A stretch of 64,000 nucleotides of DNA from a phage. Each line of letters begins with the position of its first letter. The stretch's first letter is position 1. The DNA is taken from the NCBI GenBank assembly GCA_020241125.1, contig GCA_020241125.1_4708.1; one strand, given 5' to 3'. The notes beneath the pieces were generated by a model. That model did not search any database and was not told where the DNA came from. It worked only from the letters and a program-made list of their open reading frames with translations. Positions 55,387 to 64,000 of this stretch are shown piece after piece. Both the position numbers and the translations under genes were made by a program.

Positions 55387-56112
55387 TTAAGACGTTGCCA
55401 TCTTATCTTCCAGAGACTTCTTCGGTAAACCATGGATAACTCCTTCCGGGGTTAAGAACACACAGTCTGGATTCTGCGTTCGCGAACGGTCGTCTGGAGT
55501 GTTCAACGAGAACAACAACGCAGAAATACCTTTCGTCCGGTTTAACGTCGCTACGATCACGTCAAGCTGCCGTAGTGCATCCGATACCGTTCGATGAGGA
55601 ACGATACGTGACTGTTTGAAGCTGGCTAACCGCCAAGTCTCGAACAAACAACGCAGTTTAAACACGTCAGACGGAACAGCAGTAGATCCCTGTTCGATAA
55701 CCTCAACCCGATCAGCTTCAGGATAACCTACGGCAACCGCACTAAAGTGTCTTACCCCATTATGAAAATCATCGATAGATGCTTCAGCGTATTTACATAC
55801 CGTGCCAGAAACGACCATCACTTTTGCTAAACCGCGATAATTGATCGTCAACGGAATACGAAATACACGTAAAGCATGTTCCGGATTTAATGAGACGTCG
55901 TTAACCTTCGTTGCGGTCAGCTTACCACGCTCGTAACGTGCGGTGAACGGCAGCCCGTCATAAACGGGATTGATTACAACGCCCCCTGGGGAGGCGTTAG
56001 CGTTAAGATGGACATTAAGCCAATCGGATACTTCCTGTCTACTAGTTACGATTAACATAAAACGGTCCTCCATTTCTTTTCCTTTATTCATGACGAGTAT
56101 CTTCCAAATCAT
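55387..56112 (-). CDS. LigA-like nucleotidyltransferase-domain protein lacking the catalytic lysine (candidate pseudo-ligase)
   Basis: NPVYDGLPFTARYERGKLTATKV and RVFRIPLTI align with [23 protein letters not shown] and the downstream region of the full-length LigA in this window, but the KxDG lysine is replaced by Val. Confidence 0.4.
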   Translation of the reverse strand: MIWKILVMNKGKEMEDRFMLIVTSRQEVSDWLNVHLNANASPGGVVINPVYDGLPFTARYERGKLTATKVNDVSLNPEHALRVFRIPLTINYRGLAKVMVVSGTVCKYAEASIDDFHNGVRHFSAVAVGYPEADRVEVIEQGSTAVPSDVFKLRCLFETWRLASFKQSRIVPHRTVSDALRQLDVIVATLNRTKGISALLFSLNTPDDRSRTQNPDCVFLTPEGVIHGLPKKSLEDKMATS

Positions 56113-56734
56113 CCCTTTGTTTTGTAAATTCTGATTGCTTGCGATAAACCGTCCACGAATCGTATATGCCGTGAAAGTTCAAATGACGTGCATTTAAGTT
56201 AACGGTGAATTCTTCCACAGAGGAGAAATCCGAACGAAGCATCGAATGGAAGGCGTCATCTCCGGTGCAGCCCCCGTATCCCTCACCCTGATAGATCAAA
56301 AGCTGATGTGGTTGAATACGCGCGGCAACCAGCGCAGCTTGTGGTTCGCAGTAAGGCGGCCACGACAGTAAAATAACATCGTACTGTGAAAGATCGATGT
56401 TCGTGTAGTCGACCTGCTGAATGTCCTCGATAAACGGGTGGGGATGTAATTCCGTATCGTAGGCGGTAACGTCCTCAACACCAAGTTTACGTAGTACATA
56501 AGTCAGGTAACCTGTCCCACAACCCAAATCAGCGACACGTCGCCCGTAACAGATATTCGCTAACTGGAGCGCGGTATCCATGGTTAACAACGACCATCCA
56601 ATGTGCTGGGTACATTCTTCACGCACACTCCATTGTTGATGGTACGTCATGGGTTCTATGATACTAGCAAGCTGCTGGTACGGCAATGGCATTCTGGTTT
56701 CGCCTTGCGTGAGTAATGCAATAACGTTGTTCAT
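56084..56734 (-). CDS. Class I SAM-dependent methyltransferase
   Basis: Motif I VADLGCGTGYL, acidic residue after beta-2 (AYDTE), and YDVILLSWPPY. Confidence 0.6.
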   Translation of the reverse strand: MNNVIALLTQGETRMPLPYQQLASIIEPMTYHQQWSVREECTQHIGWSLLTMDTALQLANICYGRRVADLGCGTGYLTYVLRKLGVEDVTAYDTELHPHPFIEDIQQVDYTNIDLSQYDVILLSWPPYCEPQAALVAARIQPHQLLIYQGEGYGGCTGDDAFHSMLRSDFSSVEEFTVNLNARHLNFHGIYDSWTVYRKQSEFTKQRDDLEDTRHE

Positions 56735-56760
56735 TTTGTTTCCTTTTTTATCAGCATAAA

Positions 56761-56779
56761 CCCTCCCGTGCCGGGAGGG
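56761..56779 (-). terminator. Short palindromic hairpin (member 12)
   Basis: CATAAA-CCCTCCCG-tgc-CGGGAGGG. Confidence 0.5.
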
Positions 56780-56784
56780 TACGA

Positions 56785-57213
56785 TTATTCATTTTCAATA
56801 ACTTTAAGATTCGGCGTACCGAGTGTTTTCTTGACCAACGCCTCAGCAACGCGTTTCTCGATGAAATCGGTCGCATTGCTTCCGTCTATCGTGCGCATGT
56901 CACCACGGAAGTTATTGAAGACCATAAACAAGTCGCAACCGTCGATAGGTATCGCAAGATCATAACTGACTTGTGATGCCGTGAAATGGACACCGACGAC
57001 AACGGCGGGAACGAATTTAACCGCTGTGTTATCTCCTTCTTCTCCGGTTCCGAACGGAAGCTCAACCCGATCACCGATAGAAAATTGCGCAACATCACCA
57101 ATGATGCGAGTTAATGCTGCTCGTTGCATGTCGGCGATATTTTCCTTATTCGCGTCGCAAGGTAGGTCTAAGACTTCTTCCAACGTGAAGAATTTACGAT
57201 CGAACCAGCTCAT
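56785..57213 (-). CDS. Hypothetical protein
   Basis: 142-aa ORF. Confidence 0.45.
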   Translation of the reverse strand: MSWFDRKFFTLEEVLDLPCDANKENIADMQRAALTRIIGDVAQFSIGDRVELPFGTGEEGDNTAVKFVPAVVVGVHFTASQVSYDLAIPIDGCDLFMVFNNFRGDMRTIDGSNATDFIEKRVAEALVKKTLGTPNLKVIENE

Positions 57214-57214
57214 G

Positions 57215-57748
57215 TTAAGCTCCTTTCTGTTTGATTGATGATGTTAACCACGATGATCTTACCGTGAAACCCTCGGACTCGTAGAACGCCTGGGCTTCGT
57301 CGTTATCAGCACGAACATCCAGGCCGATAGAATGCCCGCCGCATCGGTAAGCGATGTTACGTGCTTCGTTCATCAAGGCGTGGCCGATCCCGCGTCCACG
57401 GTATTCCGGTTTTACAACAATCGATGTAACATCATGAATGCCCATATGGCTCTCTGTATTCACTTCCAAGAGGCCTACCGGTATCGAAGCGATGGTGTCG
57501 ATCATAACGACCAACTTTGCGGTGTCCGGTAAACGCTTCTCTAATTCTAAGGCATCGTACTCGCGTTTTAAATCGGGGATATTCTCAAACATAAACGTGG
57601 TTGCCCATGCCTCTGATTCTACATCATCGAGAATACGGTACAGCTCACGAATCTGTCGTTTATGTGGGTAAAGGTGTGGATCGGCAGCCGTTGAGGCGAT
57701 AACGCAATAGAACGGCCGTTCATTAATAACTACTGTTTTGATGCTCAT
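57215..57748 (-). CDS. GNAT-family N-acetyltransferase
   Basis: Acetyl-CoA binding motif RGRGIGHALMNEA followed by AQAFYESEGF. Confidence 0.65.
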   Translation of the reverse strand: MSIKTVVINERPFYCVIASTAADPHLYPHKRQIRELYRILDDVESEAWATTFMFENIPDLKREYDALELEKRLPDTAKLVVMIDTIASIPVGLLEVNTESHMGIHDVTSIVVKPEYRGRGIGHALMNEARNIAYRCGGHSIGLDVRADNDEAQAFYESEGFTVRSSWLTSSIKQKGA

Positions 57749-58251
57749 GCTAAAATTCCCTCATTACCTAACAGTCGATTACGGTGACGTCGGTACATTT
57801 GACAAAGTGTTGTGATTTGATAAAGTTTGTTATAACGTAATTCGATACGTTTTTGCACCTCTTTCCATGAAAGTTTATCATATTGCCGATAACGATGGAT
57901 TTCATTCAACATCCGAAGACGCGTAGGATCGGTATTCTTTATTGTTACGAGCTTCACGCGTTGGTATCCGCGCTGCAACCCCGATTCAGAATACGTAATG
58001 CCGAACTCATCCTGAATGATAGTAATGATCTCCCGCCATCGGCGCTTCTCGCCGTCACGTAAATGGACAACCCGCGATAAGATATCGTTCCGATTACGAT
58101 GACTCAGTTTAATGTTAAGCATTGAAGCAATCGCGCTAATTGCTCTCTGACTCCGCCCTAACGCCTCACCGATCTCTTTCGATGTCATGACGCCAGCGTT
58201 TCGACGTATGAATGCGATTTCGGTTGTTGTGTATTCTTTACCTGCCGCCAT
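57745..58251 (-). CDS. HTH-repeat DNA-binding protein, paralog 1 of 6 (Myb/SANT-like)
   Basis: 168 aa; YTTTEIAFIRRNAGVMTSKEIGEALGRSQRAISAI HTH unit plus basic C-terminal unit; homologous to five upstream neighbours. Confidence 0.55.
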   Translation of the reverse strand: MAAGKEYTTTEIAFIRRNAGVMTSKEIGEALGRSQRAISAIASMLNIKLSHRNRNDILSRVVHLRDGEKRRWREIITIIQDEFGITYSESGLQRGYQRVKLVTIKNTDPTRLRMLNEIHRYRQYDKLSWKEVQKRIELRYNKLYQITTLCQMYRRHRNRLLGNEGILA

Positions 58252-58715
58252 TTCTTACCACGCGTGTTATAATAGTAACGTTGACAAAGATGTGTGTGAT
58301 GGTACTCCCGTTTGAACTCGACATTGATAATGCGAGCAACTTCTCTCCAGCTAACCCCTTCATGTCGAAGTGTCGTGATACGGTCTGAAATTTTGCACCA
58401 TTCACCAGGATCGTATCGTCGCAGTTTATGACGTCGTATTACGGAGGCGACGCTCGCTTTCGAGCGACCAAGATGATTCGACATTCGTTTAATCGAGTAT
58501 CTATGGATATTATCGCGAATATAGGAAAGCTCGTTGTCTGTATACGTCGCGTTGGTTCTCGGCGAAGGGAACAATACGTATAACTTATTCTTAATCGCGC
58601 TTTCTGTGCGTTGAAACACGGTAACCAGTTCACTAATCGATGGTCTAGGTATTTGATACGCGTAATTCTCGAGGCGTGAGAGTTCCTCATCTGTCCAGCG
58701 GCGGTATTTGCGCAT
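58185..58715 (-). CDS. HTH-repeat DNA-binding protein, paralog 2 of 6
   Basis: Start set at internal Met (MRKYRRWTDEEL) to avoid overlap with upstream gene; three units, e.g. WTDEELSRL...ISELVTVFQRTESAIKNKL. Confidence 0.55.
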   Translation of the reverse strand: MRKYRRWTDEELSRLENYAYQIPRPSISELVTVFQRTESAIKNKLYVLFPSPRTNATYTDNELSYIRDNIHRYSIKRMSNHLGRSKASVASVIRRHKLRRYDPGEWCKISDRITTLRHEGVSWREVARIINVEFKREYHHTHLCQRYYYNTRGKKWRQVKNTQQPKSHSYVETLAS

Positions 58716-59190
58716 GGGCAACTCCTTTGTTTTTCGTGTAATAACACCAACGTTGATACAACGCATGTTTATTCGTTGTAATCCCAAATTTAACAACAAC
58801 GTCGTATGTGATAATATTCCAATTTTGGGTGACGTTAAGTCGTTCCGCGATAAACGCGATAATCGCTTCCCGTTCTTGCTTGGTTAACGCACGACGAATT
58901 CCATTAAGCCGTATAAACTGACGAACCGAGTCATACGAACGGTTTAAATCATACGCAATCTCCCTCAGCGATTTTTGTTTGATTACGGACTTGATGTACG
59001 CACGTTCTTCTTCCGTATACGGTCGATGCTTCTGGCGTTGACGTATTCCCAAACGCCCCAGACACGCGTCGATGCTGGCGTATGTTCGTCCTGTCCGTTG
59101 TGCGATTTCATCAATCGTCAGCGGCGTGTTCAAGTACATGTGTGTAACATCTTTTAACTCATCGTTACGCCACGGCCGAGGTCGTCCCAT
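58687..59190 (-). CDS. HTH-repeat DNA-binding protein, paralog 3 of 6
   Basis: 167 aa; WRNDELKDV...IDEIAQRTGRTYASIDACLGRL and two further units. Confidence 0.6.
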   Translation of the reverse strand: MGRPRPWRNDELKDVTHMYLNTPLTIDEIAQRTGRTYASIDACLGRLGIRQRQKHRPYTEEERAYIKSVIKQKSLREIAYDLNRSYDSVRQFIRLNGIRRALTKQEREAIIAFIAERLNVTQNWNIITYDVVVKFGITTNKHALYQRWCYYTKNKGVAHAQIPPLDR

Positions 59191-59668
59191 CTTGTATCCC
59201 TCTTTTCTTTCTATGATGCCACCAACGCTGATAAACAGCTTGCTTCGTCCGTGTTATGCCAAAATGCGCATTAACCCGTTCAGCAATGTGGTACCAATCC
59301 TGCGTTTCTTCTAACAATGCATCAACGAAGGCTATGAAGATCTTAGTATCATCCTCGCTTAACCGCTTGAAGCCATGGCGGTGTGCTATTGTTCGAATAC
59401 TGTTTGGATCTCTGTTTAAATCGCGTGCGAGCTGTTTGTAACTTTTGTGCTTACAGTGTAGTCTGATATGTTCTAATTCATCGACGCTGAAACGTTTATG
59501 CGGTTTACGGCGTTCGACGTTTAAGTACCTCAACCTTGATTCGATTGCACCGTACGTCGTTTCCATGATTTCCGCGATTTCACGGATTTTTAATTTCGGG
59601 CGACGATCGTATAGTTTCAGCAACTGCTCATCGTACTTACGATTCCATCGTCGTACTGGGGGTTTCAC
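59165..59668 (-). CDS. HTH-repeat DNA-binding protein, paralog 4 of 6
   Basis: 167 aa; same three-unit architecture, C-terminal ...HFGITRTKQAVYQRW conserved with paralog 3. Confidence 0.6.
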   Translation of the reverse strand: MKPPVRRWNRKYDEQLLKLYDRRPKLKIREIAEIMETTYGAIESRLRYLNVERRKPHKRFSVDELEHIRLHCKHKSYKQLARDLNRDPNSIRTIAHRHGFKRLSEDDTKIFIAFVDALLEETQDWYHIAERVNAHFGITRTKQAVYQRWWHHRKKRGIQDGTTSAVA

Positions 59669-59670
59669 AA

Positions 59671-60150
59671 CTAGATTTCTCCTGTTCTACGCGTTTTTAA
59701 TGCTTGAGTGTAGTAAAGGGTATGAACACCGCTTAACGTGTAATGGGTGTTAAATTCGTTATTGATGATATTCTGTATTCTCTCCCAGGTTTTCTTCTCT
59801 TTTCTAAGAGTATGTATTCGGTGATAGATCATCTCTCGACGTTGCGCTTTGCACGCGATAATACCGTAGCGGTAGCAGAGTTTAGCGATCGCATCCACGC
59901 TACGATTGAACATTACCGCGGCTTCTTTCACGCTGTGCGTCTTGAGATAATCGGCTAACATCACGCGTTCTTCGAAACAACAATAGCGGTGACGCGACGT
60001 GAGTTTCCAGCGCTTGCGATTACGGTTAATTCGACCTTGAACCGAACCTTCCGTTCGGCCAAGTCGTACCGCAATCTCTTGCATCGGTATACCGTTTCGG
60101 TACAGGGTAATCAACATCGCATCTTCTTCGGGTGTCCAGTCCTTGACCAT
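59671..60150 (-). CDS. HTH-repeat DNA-binding protein, paralog 5 of 6
   Basis: 159 aa; WTPEEDAMLITLYRNGIPMQEIAVRLGRTEGSVQGRINR fits Myb/SANT consensus W-T-x-EED-x-L...IA..L.GRT. Confidence 0.6.
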   Translation of the reverse strand: MVKDWTPEEDAMLITLYRNGIPMQEIAVRLGRTEGSVQGRINRNRKRWKLTSRHRYCCFEERVMLADYLKTHSVKEAAVMFNRSVDAIAKLCYRYGIIACKAQRREMIYHRIHTLRKEKKTWERIQNIINNEFNTHYTLSGVHTLYYTQALKTRRTGEI

Positions 60151-60162
60151 AATGCCACCCCA

Positions 60163-62853
<2,691 letters not shown>

Positions 62854-62933
62854 AAAATTGTCAAAATGTACATCGGCATAACGCCCGTGCCCGCCCGTGA
62901 TGGGAGGGACACAGGCAATACGCTTTTATTTCA

Positions 62934-63566
62934 TCAAGACTTCACAACGCATTCGACTTCGTCGTTCATATAGGCTTCGTATAAAGACAGTACTTCCTTC
63001 ATTTTAATTTCAGGTAACGCAACAGAACGAATCGCTTTCAGGATATTCCGTGTCTGATGATGTTTAACCTTCGCTTCACGTAGTTTACAGAATTGACGGA
63101 TGCAGGTATTAACTTTACCACCTTCCGCACGTTCGAGGGCGACGTGCAGTTTCAGATCCAGTAATACTTCCGTGAGTTCCTGGGTGGCAGGATCGTTACG
63201 AATAAGTCGCACCGTCCGTTCATCCGGATTCAACATCGTGAGGAACTGAAGCTTGATCTGTTCAGGTACGGGTTTCGTGTTCATCATGATGGCGTCAAAC
63301 TGTTCCTTAACATCCAACTCATTGAACACATAACGTTCGATGTGTACGACGTGTGCTTTTCCCGACTCACCGTAAATCGCCATCGCACGATAGTCATCGA
63401 ACAACACGACATACATCAGATCTTGTTCCGGTCCGATGGTACCATCCATGAGCTTCGGGGCGTGTTTCCTAAAGAAGCCGTAGCGAACCGCTTCATCCGG
63501 CATGAGCGTCCACGCATTAACGGGCTGTTTTACGAGTTCCATGTAACACCTCATCAAGATTATCAC
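62934..63566 (-). CDS. Hypothetical protein
   Basis: 210-aa ORF. Confidence 0.45.
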   Translation of the reverse strand: MIILMRCYMELVKQPVNAWTLMPDEAVRYGFFRKHAPKLMDGTIGPEQDLMYVVLFDDYRAMAIYGESGKAHVVHIERYVFNELDVKEQFDAIMMNTKPVPEQIKLQFLTMLNPDERTVRLIRNDPATQELTEVLLDLKLHVALERAEGGKVNTCIRQFCKLREAKVKHHQTRNILKAIRSVALPEIKMKEVLSLYEAYMNDEVECVVKS

Positions 63567-63825
63567 TTACGCCAGGCGGTACCACAATACCGGTACGAAT
63601 CACAGCAGCAACTTCCTGCATGCCCTTACCCTTCAACGCATAGGTTTCATGTACCACATTACGTCGAGTCGTTAATCCAACAAATTTACATACAACCATG
63701 TTGTTTTCTGAAAGATAAGCGGTGTCGAGTTCACCGTGCAACAATTCTTTTTCTTTGGTATCAATACCTAATAACGCAATTTGATAAGCAGAAAGTTTCC
63801 AATAACGCATAATCGTCCTATTCAT
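63517..63825 (-). CDS. Hypothetical protein
   Basis: 102-aa ORF; start uncertain (overlaps downstream ORF). Confidence 0.4.
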   Translation of the reverse strand: MNRTIMRYWKLSAYQIALLGIDTKEKELLHGELDTAYLSENNMVVCKFVGLTTRRNVVHETYALKGKGMQEVAAVIRTGIVVPPGVSDNLDEVLHGTRKTAR

Positions 63826-64000
63826 AAACTATCAAATATTCTGAAACCAAGTTTCTTGTTTCTACTTTTGCCGAAATCGTTCTTCGTACAGTTACAGGGT
63901 ACAATTTTGTCGCCGAACTATAAATCTCTTCAGTCAACGCACAAGCACTGTTGCTAATGATTGTAGGAATTCCCCGCGAGCGCAAGTTGTCAGCCTTTTC

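Overview
This 64-kb window reads as a gene-dense segment of a large virulent tailed dsDNA phage, with about 70 tightly packed genes, mostly on the minus strand, and no rRNA, tRNA, CRISPR array, integrase or transposase that I can support. All calls rest on motifs read by eye from the ORF translations; no database search was run. Recognisable content: (1) 1-17 kb, large acidic/helical proteins (three share an LVxEGF motif after an acidic N-terminal region) next to an M48-like zinc metallopeptidase; (2) 17.4-19.2 kb, a family-B DNA polymerase fragment carrying the exonuclease motifs and motif A but not motifs B/C; (3) 19-28 kb, an array of small, often acidic genes including a tandem paralog pair; (4) 28-31 kb, a plus-strand operon ending in a TARG1/DarG-like macrodomain gene; (5) 32-48 kb, a host-recognition module with several receptor-binding proteins sharing an N-terminal domain, a long tail fibre with a C-terminal S74 chaperone domain, a DUF285/BspA-repeat protein and an adjacent lipoprotein; (6) 49-52.5 kb, a secreted SleB-like cell-wall hydrolase with small membrane/secreted proteins; (7) 55-62.5 kb, a methyltransferase, a GNAT acetyltransferase, six tandem paralogous Myb/SANT-like HTH proteins and a complete NAD-dependent DNA ligase. 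The most striking non-coding signal is a family of about 12 conserved GC-rich intergenic palindromes (CATAA-CCCTCTCCC...GGGAGAGGG-TTATG); there are also two canonical hairpin/U-tract terminators, a duplicated promoter/leader element and two perfect 16-bp AT-rich palindromes. The candidates I consider most likely to be a novel system are the six-gene HTH paralog array with its neighbouring ligase-like pseudoenzyme, and the macrodomain operon.
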